Virus record (IMG/VR): IMGVR_UViG_3300025133_000024
Source of the DNA: a virus
DNA length: 64,000 nt
Direction: 5' to 3' (one strand)
Below the pieces are notes generated by a model, which did not search any database, had not been told where the DNA came from, and saw only the letters and a list, made by a program, of their open reading frames with translations. Of this stretch, positions 1 to 10,693 are shown piece after piece. The position numbers and the translations under genes are program-made. Position 1 is the first letter of the stretch. The number at the start of each line of letters is the position of its first letter.

Positions 1-561
1 TGCTTCGTGAATTTCGTCGAATAAAGCGTCTTCGTATTTATCATGATGTTTATTTAAATTTTGCTTTCTATCATCTAGGAATTTTTTACAATAATCATGG
101 GGAAGGTTAATTTTAATTACAGACATCTTTTCATTCTGTCGAGCTTGATTAAGAAAATCCAGGCTCTCTATTAATAAAACAGAAACCCCATCTCTTTTGT
201 CTGTAATGTTAGAAATGTATTCATCTTTTTTACCCTCTTGCAATGAAGAAAATGCGGAATAAAATTGACTTGCAGCATCTATTAATTTTCCTATAGAGTA
301 AAAAAATACCCAATCATACTGAACATCCCAACTCCAATATTTACTGGAATCTGTCCCTATAAATTCTAAAGTTTCAATGGCATTGTCAACGTGTTTGAAA
401 TCAGAATATATTTCCTTTTTCACTCTTTCAGGGATTTCAAGCAGCCATCTGCGGCTATTTCGGAGATAATCATATATTTCATTTAATAATTCATATGATG
501 AATCAATTATAATCTGTTTAACTCTTTCTGGCAGTAACTCACCAAGACATTCTTTATTCAT
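1..561 (-). CDS. Hypothetical protein, partial (runs off the left edge)
   Basis: Manual translation: ATG at 561 directly after the stop of the 2821-aa gene; open for 187 codons to the window edge (MNKECLGELLPERVKQIII...). Not in the supplied ORF track. Confidence 0.75.
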   Translation of the reverse strand, partial: MNKECLGELLPERVKQIIIDSSYELLNEIYDYLRNSRRWLLEIPERVKKEIYSDFKHVDNAIETLEFIGTDSSKYWSWDVQYDWVFFYSIGKLIDAASQFYSAFSSLQEGKKDEYISNITDKRDGVSVLLIESLDFLNQARQNEKMSVIKINLPHDYCKKFLDDRKQNLNKHHDKYEDALFDEIHEA

Positions 562-563
562 TT

Positions 564-3500
564 TTATTTTCCAAAATCAATTTTTACTTTTAAATTTGCT
601 AGCTCAACAAGAGAACAAAAATCATAAGGCCAATTGTAATTGTAATCGACTTTTCTCTTCTCTATTCTATCAGTCTTGACCTTAATATTTTCATAATCTG
701 GAATTATATCAAAATAATTCTTTCCAGCCTTTCTCTTTACTTTAAATACCAACCATTTTAACTTTTCGGGAATTTCCATGTCCCCAAAGAATTCATCTTC
801 ATTCATTTTATGCTCAATCTGGATTTCTTGCTCAGAAGCATTTAAAGCAATTTTTGGCATCACTCCTTGCCAAATATCTGATAGGTCTTGTTTGTCAAGT
901 TCCGAAGAAAATTCGAAAATATAAATTATGAACGGATTAATATTATTATTATCATTAGAGAAATCCATGAACGGAGGAAAATAATATTTATCCATCCTCT
1001 TTATCATGTTGCTAACGCTAGTTTCTTTCTGAGAAACATTACTTGCTATGTTCTGCTTTGTTTGTCTAAAATGTTCTTTGTTAATGCCAATAAAGTTCCG
1101 ACCACCAACACTAACAGTTTTTTCACTCTTGTTATCAACATAAGGAATTGCAACAATTGCCTCTTTGATAACCTTTTTGCTTGCCAACTTTCCAATTCTC
1201 TTGCGCTTTGCCCCAAAACCACAAGCCTGAATTAGGGAACCTGTCAAACCAAAAGAACCCGATGCAATTTGAAGACCATATGAACCACTTTGAGGAAATG
1301 ATTCTTCCAAAGACAAATAAATCCCCTCAGAACCCGTTGGAATTGAACCATAGGTTCCCCAAATCCCTGAACTGAGAAATGCAGGTTGGTATGTAAAGCC
1401 ACTATCATCAGAATAAACATCATTGATGTGAGGTGAGCGCTGCGTTCCATTGAAGTTTAATGTTGGACATTCAAATTTGGAAGCAATGACCCAAGAATCA
1501 AAACCGGATGAGTCATCAGAGTCCAAACTATTTCCTTTTCCAAAAAGATTCACAGAAGATTCAACTCTCATGGAGTTTAATTGAGCCATTTCTAAATTAG
1601 ACTCACCACGCTGGTCAGTTGGTTGTGATGAACTAGCAACAGAAGATGCGATGATTTCGTCTACTGTGTACTTTCTTGTTTCAGTTGGAGAGAATGCTAG
1701 TCTTACTTTTGCTGCACCATAAAAATATGGTGGTGTATAAGGGGCATAAACAGGGTCTTTATAAAAAATTGCTCTAGAATCCGCATCAGAGCCAAAAACA
1801 TGTCCATCGCCCCAAGCATTAACAGGTGGGCCAAAATATCTTCCATGATATGAGCTTGATACTTCGAACTCGCTCCCCAAAGTACCGGATGGAACGCTTC
1901 CAGAGAAATAACTTCTTATCATATCAAAATTGTCCGTTTTTCTCAAGACAACATCCATATAATAAGTCTTTCCTGCCTTCATTATTGCAAATGTCTTTTC
2001 AGGTTTACTTGCAAATGTAGTTATTGTTTCATTTTCTAAAAAGAATTTGGGAACCTCCGACAAAAAGTTGTGCATAGACATTTCGAACTTATCAGATTTC
2101 TCCCCTTTCCAATAAACCCATGGGAATATAGTGTTTGCGCTTCCACTTTGTTGCAATATTTTATCTGGAGCAATGTGCATCAATCTTGAGCCAGATGGTA
2201 AGGTGTTTTTAATGTCAACAAGGGATTCGAATGGTAGGCGAAAATGATATTCACCACCCAAATTACCAAAAGATGACGACAACAGATATTCTTGCCAATC
2301 TTCTTGTACACCAGTTAAATCAAGACCACTTGCTGTCAAATATTGACTAGCAAATCCAGATGCATTATCGTCTGAACCTGTTATCATTGGCCAATCAACA
2401 GCAATACCAGATTTAATTGTATTAAAGACAATTCCAGGTGCAAAATAAGGTTGTAGAAGGGACTGCAAGCCTAATCCAGGCTTTGTATCATACAAAGAGC
2501 CTGAAATGTATGGGCCCAAAGATTGTGAAAATATTGCTCCGAGTTGTGTTGTTCTTGTTGTAGGATAAAAACCATTATAAGGAAGAAGCTTCTTCACTCC
2601 TTTACAGACTAATTTTATCTTTTTTGTTTTCCCAAAATCTCTTCTAAAAGTTTCAAAATGCTCCATGAAGTCGGAGTTTGTGTGTCTTTCGAAGAAATCG
2701 TTTATATACCCATCCCCAGGAGAAGCTGAGCTTTCACTCAAAATCCCACCTTTAACTTTCAAAAATGCATTGTTTTTTGAATTAAAACCTTTGTTTTCGT
2801 CAATATAGTAATCCATATAATCTGATATATTAAATTCAGACAAAACAGAATATTCTTTGTTGTATTTTATGTCTGAGGCATAATCTTCATACGAGTCAAA
2901 CCAAGGACTTTTACTTGATAGAGCAGGAACATCATAAGGATAGTTCATTTCTGTGAACTTGCCAATATTTGGCATATAAACAAACTGCAATGATGCTGTA
3001 ATATTATCATAATACGTTGAATCAATTGCATCATCTGTTGCTGTTCCACTCAAATAAGATTGTCCAGAACCATACATACCAATTTCGTTTGGAGAAACGT
3101 ATGAGATGAAACTTGATGTTGTTATAAAGGCAGATGGGTTTAATTCACCATGAGCAGAACCAGAATTAATCTTATTAACCGATAATAACCAAGGAGGAGA
3201 GTTTAGAACATCTTCACGGGCATGGTAAACATATTCATTGTCTAATGGGTGAACACTACGGCCATGTCTATATTCAACAGCGTTTTTAAAGGGAGTTGAG
3301 GAGGATATGGAGCTTCTAAATTTGTTTTTTTGCCAAAATGTTCTTCGTTCATCAATTCTTCTATCATATCCACTAACACCAAGGCCGCTTTCCTCAACAT
3401 ACCCTAATCTTGCTCTTGTTCCAGACAAAGATGTGTATTGACTTTGAGGAAACACCTGTTCACTATAACAATGATACAAAAGATTGTCATTCGCATTAAC

Positions 3501-6500
3501 AAATTCTTTTATCTTATTATATTCTGTCTTATTCTTCCCTTCAGGGTTGTGCTTTCTTTTTAGGTTTTTGTTTCCAAAATATTCTAGAGCATTATTGTGT
3601 TCATATTGAACTTTTAGGTTTTTATTGTTATATTCAAAGCCTGTTTCCAAAGGAAGATTATAAGAAATTGGTGGCTCTATGTATTTTGTCTCTTCTACTT
3701 CATTTTCAGGAACAATAGAGTAAACATTGTTCTTTTTTAACCATTTTGTTATTGGATGGTTGCTATTTCTTGTTTGTTTCCAACTTGTAAATCCACCTGG
3801 ACCTGTTCTTTTAAAGTTTAATGCGTTAAGAATAGAAGACACACCCTCTAAAGTTGAAGTATCATCCGTATCTTCTCCGTTTTGTCCATTTACTAACGCA
3901 TCATTTACATAATTTGATTGAACTCTTGTCCAATCACCAAATGGATTTGATACAACCAAACTTTCAAAACCCAATGTATTATTTGAACTTGTTATTGGTT
4001 CATAAATGTTCATGTTTAGGTTTAAAGTGGTTTCAGGAATGAAATTAAAACCAAAAGCTATCGCCTCAGTTGTTCCGAAGAATCGATTGTTTCCTGCTAT
4101 AGGGTTTCTATAGGAGCCAAAGTCACTTGCGCTAACAAACAATATGCTTCTGTGCTTTCCATCCCTCAAAGACCCTGAAGAATATTGAAAAGGGACGTTT
4201 TGATTGTTTATTATCAATTCATCAACTTGCAGTGCAGACTTTTTAATCCAAGAATATTGTAAATCACTTCTTGGAATTGCTCTCGACACAAAATTATTGT
4301 CATATTTGGAAGCCGTAATAAAGGAACTTCCACTTAATCTCATCTCATAAGAGATATTTCTATTTGTTTTATGGAATGATGCACTAACAGGGCTAAGAGG
4401 GTTGTCAATACCGAATTGATTGGATGCAGTAGCCCATAATTCATCTAAATAATTTCTAATTACAAGATTTATATAAGGTAATGCATTATAAGCAGAATAT
4501 TCACCCGCTTCCAAGTCCAAATAACCCTCAGCAGTTGTTTCTACAGAACCAGGAGAGGAAAATTTAGAGACAATTACAGAGTTACTACCAGTTAAATCTC
4601 TTCTTGGAACAGCATAATCATAAAGCCCTGTGACATTCTGTGAAGCAGTGAAAGAAGCTGTAATTCCGTTGTTTTCTCTCAGGTAAAAGTTGTTTTCTTT
4701 TCTTCCTGAGAGGGTTGCGACTTCATAGTTGTGTTGATAATTTCCTAAAACCTTGCTATCTGTTGTATGCTGTATATTTTTGACGTTTATTGGACTTTTT
4801 GCAAGATTATCTCTTGACCAACGAGAAAAAACAGTGTTCATGTTGGGATATAAAGCAGCACTATTATAATCAGGACCAACAAGTAGAATATCACCTCCTT
4901 CTTCCACAATTCTAAACCTTTCCGGTCTTGTGGATTTGTCATCTGTCCCTTGATTAATCTCTATGTGTCTGTGTTTATATCCACCAACATGAACATCTGT
5001 AAAAATACCTTGCACAGGCTTTTCTTTATCAAACCCATACAACTCATGATGCAAGTTTTCTACATTTGCACCCGTTAAAGTAATATTGTGAGCATCATTT
5101 ACACTTGATGACACAATATTAAATGGCATATATAACTCACCCTTACCCTCAAAAACATCATCACCACTTATTACATCAAATCCTAACTTTAATTCAGAAT
5201 TTTCATGATGTTTTGATTTTCCATCAACAATAATCTCATTAAATTCGTTACGTGGCTTTCCAGCATCCAAAGAGGAACTTGTAGCCCTTAATAGATTAAC
5301 ATTGATTCCTGCTATTGGAGTTGGACCTAATGGCTCTACAAATGGCTTATAAAAGGAAATATTTTTATTATTTGAAAAATTGATACCTCCTTTTATGATT
5401 TTTTGTTGGGAGGTGTTTAAAGTTTGTGTTTTTTTGCTTTCTTGTTGTAAAAATTGATTTTTTACATCTGCTAACAGTTTTCTATCTTGAATTTGTGCTG
5501 CTGTTAAAGAGGGCCATGCATTATCATCGTTAAATGCTTTGTCACTCCACCATTGGCCATGTAAGTTTTCGTTTAATGGCGAGGGAGCATGACCATGTTC
5601 CCAATTATAGTCAAATTCTCCAACGCCTTTCATCGAACCTGTTGTGGAAGGTTTTGTTTCTAGGAGAGGGAATTTGTGTTGAAATTTGTTTCTTTCAAAA
5701 ATATGACTTTCGACAACATCTAGTACATCTTCAGATACATTTAAGGATGCAGGAAATAACTGAGAGAGTGTTTTTGTTAAAGATTTATCAATCCATTTAT
5801 AATATTCAATAAACTTGTTGACATCAGGTGTGTTTTGGATTTTTGTAAAATATAGTTGTCGAAGTTTCTCTAAAGACTTATATTTGATTCGATATTTTTC
5901 AACAGGATGTCCGATTAAGTTGTTGTAGTCAACAATTGTCTCCATCCATTTTATCATATCTTCAGATATTGTTTGATATGGACTTTTTTCAACAAACAAA
6001 ATGTTTTTGACGGGCCTTGAAGTTTTTGTGTGAATTTCAAGGTCGGAATTCAAGATATTAATCATATCTGAACTATTGACTGTTTCCGGTATCCTGGGAA
6101 CAACAGTTGGTAGATATTTTTCTTGAATTACTTCTGAACTGGAAGTTAAAAAGAAATCACCCTTGCCAGGAAGTCTATATCCAAACGCACCACCAAAACC
6201 ACCATAAGAAGCCGAGGCATCTGTCTGTGAACCAGAAGTTTCATCGAAAACATGGAACTGTCCCAAGTCATTTGATGAAGAAATAGTGGAAAATTCCCAA
6301 TTAAAATTTAATGTTTTGATTTTAGGGATATAAAAATCTGAAACATCAGTATTATTGAGATAAGCATATTGATAAGGATTTTGAACACCAAAGTCACCTG
6401 TTTTGGCATGTGATAAAATGGAAGATGTTGGAATATAATCGGACCAACACCTTAAATTATTAACTTGTACATCTGAATATGTTAATAAAGAGCCTGTAAA

Positions 6501-9029
6501 GTTTGTTCTGTGCGCTCCAGCATAAACTCTTTTATCTGAAAGGAGGAAGTTTCTTCCTTGTGTGTTTGTTAGTGAAGCTGTTAAAGTAAATTCTCTAGTT
6601 TTCACTCCTCTTTCAGCGACTTTATCTTGAATTGTGTTAACACCATAAAGTTCAAGAATGTATGTTGGGGAGCTAGAACCAGTTGTTAAATCAACATAAG
6701 GATGTTTTGAAGGTTTAATTGAAACTGCAAAATTCCATTTGTCGTTATCATAGACATCTTCATAAAAGCTTGATGTTAATACAGGAAAAGTTGAATCTAA
6801 TGTCCCAGTTAATACAAATTTTGCATCTTTGGATTGTTTTGTTCTTCTTACTGCATAAATCTGAAGGGAAGCTGTTTCGGGAGTTTGCCATGTTAAGTTT
6901 GAACTGTCTGTTCCTAATGCATTATGACAACCAAACAAAGAAGATGAAGTGAAGTTTGTGTAAATGAAATTGTTATCAGATTGATTCCATTTTTTGGGAA
7001 ATACAATTTGAGATTCCAATGTAAACGGAACATATTGGTTATTGTCCCCTAAAGTGGGAACAAAAGAACGGCTATTTGTAGGGTCGTTACTTGCTGTAGA
7101 TTGATAAACTGTAGCATCAAAATGGTCTGGGTGGGAGAAGTTGATTAAATTATCTCTTTTTGAACCCAATGTGTGACTGTTTTTAAGTTCAAAAGATTCA
7201 TCATTTGCATATAAATTGATTTTTACTAAATCATCACCAACACCAAAGCACCTTAGGAGATTTCTATAGGACTCTTCAGTTCCTTTTGTTTTATAAAGGT
7301 GATTTAAGCTGTTGTATATGTTCTGATAGATAATGTTTTTTACTTCATCAACACTTTTAACAAAATGCTTATCAAAACTTCTGTTTTCAATATATTCTAG
7401 AACAGAAGCATTTTCGAATAACTCGGGGACCACAAAGTTGAAACTCTTAAGAGACTCTTTTATTAGTGTATTCGTTTCAACTTTGTCAGTGTCGTATGAA
7501 GGGGTTTTGTATTTGTTTATGTGTTCTGTCTTGAGAAATAAATCGTCAAGAGAAGATGCTAGAATCTGTGTTAATTTTTTAATTTCACCACCAGAGTTAG
7601 CATCCTCGTTCAATATCCACTTTGGTAAAGTGTAATATAAGGCAGAATTATTGGTTAAATCATGGTTTGAGCCTGAATCTATGAGATTGTTTAATAATGT
7701 GTTGACATCATTGTGAAATGAATAAACAATCGGGTCTTTAAATTCATAAAAAGATGCTGAGGATTCAATAATAGCAGAGCCGGTAGAACGGGGAGTTAAT
7801 GCCTGAGAGTATCCTGTCCATTGTCCGTTAGAAACCCTTCCAGAATAATCTAGAACAAGAGAATCAACACTTGATGTTTGTGTTATCCCTTCATTAAACT
7901 TATAATACAAACCAAGCTTTGTTGTGTTATCATCTGTATTTGTTCCACCACCAACAGTATCAAAATAATATTTTTTGATTTCTTCTGCGGTTCTTTTTGT
8001 TTTCCAAAAACGGAAATCATCCAGCGAAGAAGAAACCAATTTTCCATGACCTTCATCAACCCCTGATGCTCCGAATGGAGATGTTCGAATGGAACCAATA
8101 TTAGCAATTAAAGTTCCAGTAACCTCTTGTATTTCATCTCCCATCAACAACTCTTGATTTAAGTCACCGTTGATGTATAAACGACTATACATGCCACTAT
8201 CTTGGTTGTAAAAAACAAAAGCATAATGATTCCAAGAATTATTTGTTACGCTTGAAATAGCCGTAGAAGTTCCTGTTCCTAACTCTACATTCTCATTTCC
8301 GTCAGAGCCAGATTTGCAAGTAACCCTGAAGGTGGTATTTGAAGCTGTGAGATTCATCTCAATTTTCAAACGACCATATTCGTTGGATGTTGAATGTCCA
8401 TTCCATAAATCAAAAAGAACTTCTTTCGATGTTAATCCCAGGTCATAGCCATTCTTTTTTAACCAAAATTCTACAGTAACACCATTATTGGAACCACTAA
8501 AAGAACCAGTTGTGTTAAATTCAAGGTTGGAACGTCTTTTCTTTGTGTTGTCAAATAAATTTGTATTTTCGAATCTTAGTTTAGTTTGTTTTGATAATCT
8601 ATCTCCAGTTAAATCGAAACCAAGATTGGGTCCACCTTTAACTTGAATATATTCATAAGAGGATGAAGCTGGTGCACCATAACCATCAACTGTAGAAACT
8701 AATGTTCCCCAATTGTTTCCTAAGGTTCCATAGCCATTTGTTCTGGGATAGAAATTGTTAAAGATATATTTATCTAAAGCAGTTGATTCATTAATCCACT
8801 GTTGTTTTTCAAATTTAGAACCATCATAAGGATAAGTTTTATAAATTCTCTTAACAGAGTTTGTGTAATATTCTTCTGCCAATCCAAACCTAACAAAATT
8901 AGAAGCTGTGAGATAATCTATTGCTGGAGAGTATTGTTTCTTTTGTTCTAGAACGGCTTTTATCTGTTGTCCAGATTCAACCTGCTCACCCAATTCTTTT
9001 AAACTTTGTAATTCAAGATAATTTTTCAT
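564..9029 (-). CDS. Giant virion structural protein: LamG/concanavalin-A-like domains plus baseplate wedge/tail-protein-I-like region
   Basis: 2821 aa. LamG signature (VTVEFWLKK...WNHYAFV...LYINGDL...LDDFRFWK...YYKFNEG), a second LamG-like block (FTLESQIVF...KWNFAVSI...NNLRCWS), and a LYKTKGTEESYRNLLRCFG motif typical of P2 gpI/T4 wedge-like proteins; lies in the baseplate module. Confidence 0.7.
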   Translation of the reverse strand: MKNYLELQSLKELGEQVESGQQIKAVLEQKKQYSPAIDYLTASNFVRFGLAEEYYTNSVKRIYKTYPYDGSKFEKQQWINESTALDKYIFNNFYPRTNGYGTLGNNWGTLVSTVDGYGAPASSSYEYIQVKGGPNLGFDLTGDRLSKQTKLRFENTNLFDNTKKRRSNLEFNTTGSFSGSNNGVTVEFWLKKNGYDLGLTSKEVLFDLWNGHSTSNEYGRLKIEMNLTASNTTFRVTCKSGSDGNENVELGTGTSTAISSVTNNSWNHYAFVFYNQDSGMYSRLYINGDLNQELLMGDEIQEVTGTLIANIGSIRTSPFGASGVDEGHGKLVSSSLDDFRFWKTKRTAEEIKKYYFDTVGGGTNTDDNTTKLGLYYKFNEGITQTSSVDSLVLDYSGRVSNGQWTGYSQALTPRSTGSAIIESSASFYEFKDPIVYSFHNDVNTLLNNLIDSGSNHDLTNNSALYYTLPKWILNEDANSGGEIKKLTQILASSLDDLFLKTEHINKYKTPSYDTDKVETNTLIKESLKSFNFVVPELFENASVLEYIENRSFDKHFVKSVDEVKNIIYQNIYNSLNHLYKTKGTEESYRNLLRCFGVGDDLVKINLYANDESFELKNSHTLGSKRDNLINFSHPDHFDATVYQSTASNDPTNSRSFVPTLGDNNQYVPFTLESQIVFPKKWNQSDNNFIYTNFTSSSLFGCHNALGTDSSNLTWQTPETASLQIYAVRRTKQSKDAKFVLTGTLDSTFPVLTSSFYEDVYDNDKWNFAVSIKPSKHPYVDLTTGSSSPTYILELYGVNTIQDKVAERGVKTREFTLTASLTNTQGRNFLLSDKRVYAGAHRTNFTGSLLTYSDVQVNNLRCWSDYIPTSSILSHAKTGDFGVQNPYQYAYLNNTDVSDFYIPKIKTLNFNWEFSTISSSNDLGQFHVFDETSGSQTDASASYGGFGGAFGYRLPGKGDFFLTSSSEVIQEKYLPTVVPRIPETVNSSDMINILNSDLEIHTKTSRPVKNILFVEKSPYQTISEDMIKWMETIVDYNNLIGHPVEKYRIKYKSLEKLRQLYFTKIQNTPDVNKFIEYYKWIDKSLTKTLSQLFPASLNVSEDVLDVVESHIFERNKFQHKFPLLETKPSTTGSMKGVGEFDYNWEHGHAPSPLNENLHGQWWSDKAFNDDNAWPSLTAAQIQDRKLLADVKNQFLQQESKKTQTLNTSQQKIIKGGINFSNNKNISFYKPFVEPLGPTPIAGINVNLLRATSSSLDAGKPRNEFNEIIVDGKSKHHENSELKLGFDVISGDDVFEGKGELYMPFNIVSSSVNDAHNITLTGANVENLHHELYGFDKEKPVQGIFTDVHVGGYKHRHIEINQGTDDKSTRPERFRIVEEGGDILLVGPDYNSAALYPNMNTVFSRWSRDNLAKSPINVKNIQHTTDSKVLGNYQHNYEVATLSGRKENNFYLRENNGITASFTASQNVTGLYDYAVPRRDLTGSNSVIVSKFSSPGSVETTAEGYLDLEAGEYSAYNALPYINLVIRNYLDELWATASNQFGIDNPLSPVSASFHKTNRNISYEMRLSGSSFITASKYDNNFVSRAIPRSDLQYSWIKKSALQVDELIINNQNVPFQYSSGSLRDGKHRSILFVSASDFGSYRNPIAGNNRFFGTTEAIAFGFNFIPETTLNLNMNIYEPITSSNNTLGFESLVVSNPFGDWTRVQSNYVNDALVNGQNGEDTDDTSTLEGVSSILNALNFKRTGPGGFTSWKQTRNSNHPITKWLKKNNVYSIVPENEVEETKYIEPPISYNLPLETGFEYNNKNLKVQYEHNNALEYFGNKNLKRKHNPEGKNKTEYNKIKEFVNANDNLLYHCYSEQVFPQSQYTSLSGTRARLGYVEESGLGVSGYDRRIDERRTFWQKNKFRSSISSSTPFKNAVEYRHGRSVHPLDNEYVYHAREDVLNSPPWLLSVNKINSGSAHGELNPSAFITTSSFISYVSPNEIGMYGSGQSYLSGTATDDAIDSTYYDNITASLQFVYMPNIGKFTEMNYPYDVPALSSKSPWFDSYEDYASDIKYNKEYSVLSEFNISDYMDYYIDENKGFNSKNNAFLKVKGGILSESSASPGDGYINDFFERHTNSDFMEHFETFRRDFGKTKKIKLVCKGVKKLLPYNGFYPTTRTTQLGAIFSQSLGPYISGSLYDTKPGLGLQSLLQPYFAPGIVFNTIKSGIAVDWPMITGSDDNASGFASQYLTASGLDLTGVQEDWQEYLLSSSFGNLGGEYHFRLPFESLVDIKNTLPSGSRLMHIAPDKILQQSGSANTIFPWVYWKGEKSDKFEMSMHNFLSEVPKFFLENETITTFASKPEKTFAIMKAGKTYYMDVVLRKTDNFDMIRSYFSGSVPSGTLGSEFEVSSSYHGRYFGPPVNAWGDGHVFGSDADSRAIFYKDPVYAPYTPPYFYGAAKVRLAFSPTETRKYTVDEIIASSVASSSQPTDQRGESNLEMAQLNSMRVESSVNLFGKGNSLDSDDSSGFDSWVIASKFECPTLNFNGTQRSPHINDVYSDDSGFTYQPAFLSSGIWGTYGSIPTGSEGIYLSLEESFPQSGSYGLQIASGSFGLTGSLIQACGFGAKRKRIGKLASKKVIKEAIVAIPYVDNKSEKTVSVGGRNFIGINKEHFRQTKQNIASNVSQKETSVSNMIKRMDKYYFPPFMDFSNDNNNINPFIIYIFEFSSELDKQDLSDIWQGVMPKIALNASEQEIQIEHKMNEDEFFGDMEIPEKLKWLVFKVKRKAGKNYFDIIPDYENIKVKTDRIEKRKVDYNYNWPYDFCSLVELANLKVKIDFGK

Positions 9030-9030
9030 A

Positions 9031-9927
9031 TTATGTCATCTGTCTGTAATATTCAGGGTAACGATGAGCGAAATAATTCAACTGCATGTCTTTTACTTTC
9101 TCTAAAAACTCTTCTGTCGGATTTATCTCGCCAGCAGAATAACCCAGATACAAGGGGATTAAATAACTTTTAATCCAGTTGTCGATTTTTTCTTCCAAAG
9201 TTGAACCACCATAGCTTCTTCTAATTCCACTAGCGAAACTTTCTTTTTCGGCTGGAAAGGATAGATATTTGTAAAGCTGGCCTTCAAAGTTTTCTTGCCT
9301 ATCGAGACCCTTTAAATGGCTAGGAGTTAATAACGTGGAACTTCCATCTTGAGACCTAAATGGAGTAGTATGAGTAAATTCATGAATCATTATATCCTGA
9401 AGTGTTTTATAAAAATCCGCAAAATCTTTTTCTGAGAATCTTCTATCAAGACGAACCGTTATTTCAATTTTGCCCCGATTATCAGATTTATTTTCTTTAG
9501 ACGCCATACCACCAATTGCAAAAGTCTTTTCGTGAAAATCTCTATCTAACATCCACCAAACTTCAAATCTTAAATGGTCAAGAAAAAACCTTTTATCGCT
9601 TTCTATCTCTTTAAAGAGGTTGTCAATTGTTTCAGGGTTAGAAGAAGAAGAAGTTTTATGTTTTTTTGCTGTCATGATGTCGTAAACATAATATACGTCA
9701 TCCTTCTTATAACGAAGATTCGTTAATAAACGATATGGGTCTCCTGACGACATTGCCTCTTCTTTCTGTGATAAAAACAATACTTTAAAAACCTTGAACA
9801 AATACTTGGTAAAAACATTGGACATCATTCTTAAACGATGATAAAAAGAACCACCAGGCCTTAATGAAGAAGCTCTTTTTTCAATAAGTTTTTGTATTTC
9901 TTCTTTGATAATTTGTTTAATGTTCAT
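9031..9927 (-). CDS. Putative zincin metallopeptidase with IIKEE leader (candidate head-packaged protein)
   Basis: IMIHEFTH (HExxH) plus downstream EKESF; N-terminus MNIKQIIKEEIQKLIE. Confidence 0.55.
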   Translation of the reverse strand: MNIKQIIKEEIQKLIEKRASSLRPGGSFYHRLRMMSNVFTKYLFKVFKVLFLSQKEEAMSSGDPYRLLTNLRYKKDDVYYVYDIMTAKKHKTSSSSNPETIDNLFKEIESDKRFFLDHLRFEVWWMLDRDFHEKTFAIGGMASKENKSDNRGKIEITVRLDRRFSEKDFADFYKTLQDIMIHEFTHTTPFRSQDGSSTLLTPSHLKGLDRQENFEGQLYKYLSFPAEKESFASGIRRSYGGSTLEEKIDNWIKSYLIPLYLGYSAGEINPTEEFLEKVKDMQLNYFAHRYPEYYRQMT

Positions 9928-10693
9928 TCACTATCTTCTCCTGCTCTACTTCCCAATCATTTATCATAATTTCAAATTCCTTTGAAACAGCTTCTTTTTG
10001 TTCTGGTTTTTTGAAATAAGATAATAATCTATCCCTCTCTTTCATTATTCCATCCTTAGTCACATCATCTTCAAAAATTTCAGTTACATGACCGTCATAA
10101 TTACTTGAAATGCTTCTTGACGAAATAACATCACCTAAGTATGTAATACTTCTTTCGTGTGGAACAAATATATCAAAACCATATCCCTCATCAGGTTTTA
10201 CAAAATCTCCCCCAATCGAAGAAACATACACCTTCTGTGATGAAATTTGAAAAATATTTTTTACAGAACTTGGGTCTATTAATGGCTCTCTATCTGTTCC
10301 TCTTTTGCCAGAATCTATTCCATCAAAAACCCAAAAATCTTCATTAAAAACTCTATCAAAAAATAAACTATTTGCTTGTCTTTTAAAAATATGCATTTCA
10401 ATTGGAATGCCAACTATAATTTTATTTTCACTGAAAAATAAAATAGGATAAGCCGACAAGCCACTTTCATATTGTTGGTGGGCGCGATAATTATCTGGTC
10501 CATGCAACCACCACTCTTCTTCATATGAACCATGAATCATTGATGAATTAATTCCAGCAGGATTACCTAACCTAAAAAACTTACAATCTATAAAAGTTGC
10601 ATTTTTACCCCTTTTGACAAAAGAGTAATTTTGGTTTTCTAGTAATAATCTCTTAGTTTCTTCTTTTATAATCTTCTTTATTCTATTCTTCAA
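9917..10693 (-). CDS. Hypothetical protein with IIKEE leader
   Basis: ORF track starts at 10774 inside the upstream gene; a TTG at 10693 overlapping the upstream stop gives MKNRIKKIIKEETKRLLLEN, matching the leader of the neighbour. Confidence 0.7.
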   Translation of the reverse strand: MKNRIKKIIKEETKRLLLENQNYSFVKRGKNATFIDCKFFRLGNPAGINSSMIHGSYEEEWWLHGPDNYRAHQQYESGLSAYPILFFSENKIIVGIPIEMHIFKRQANSLFFDRVFNEDFWVFDGIDSGKRGTDREPLIDPSSVKNIFQISSQKVYVSSIGGDFVKPDEGYGFDIFVPHERSITYLGDVISSRSISSNYDGHVTEIFEDDVTKDGIMKERDRLLSYFKKPEQKEAVSKEFEIMINDWEVEQEKIVNEH

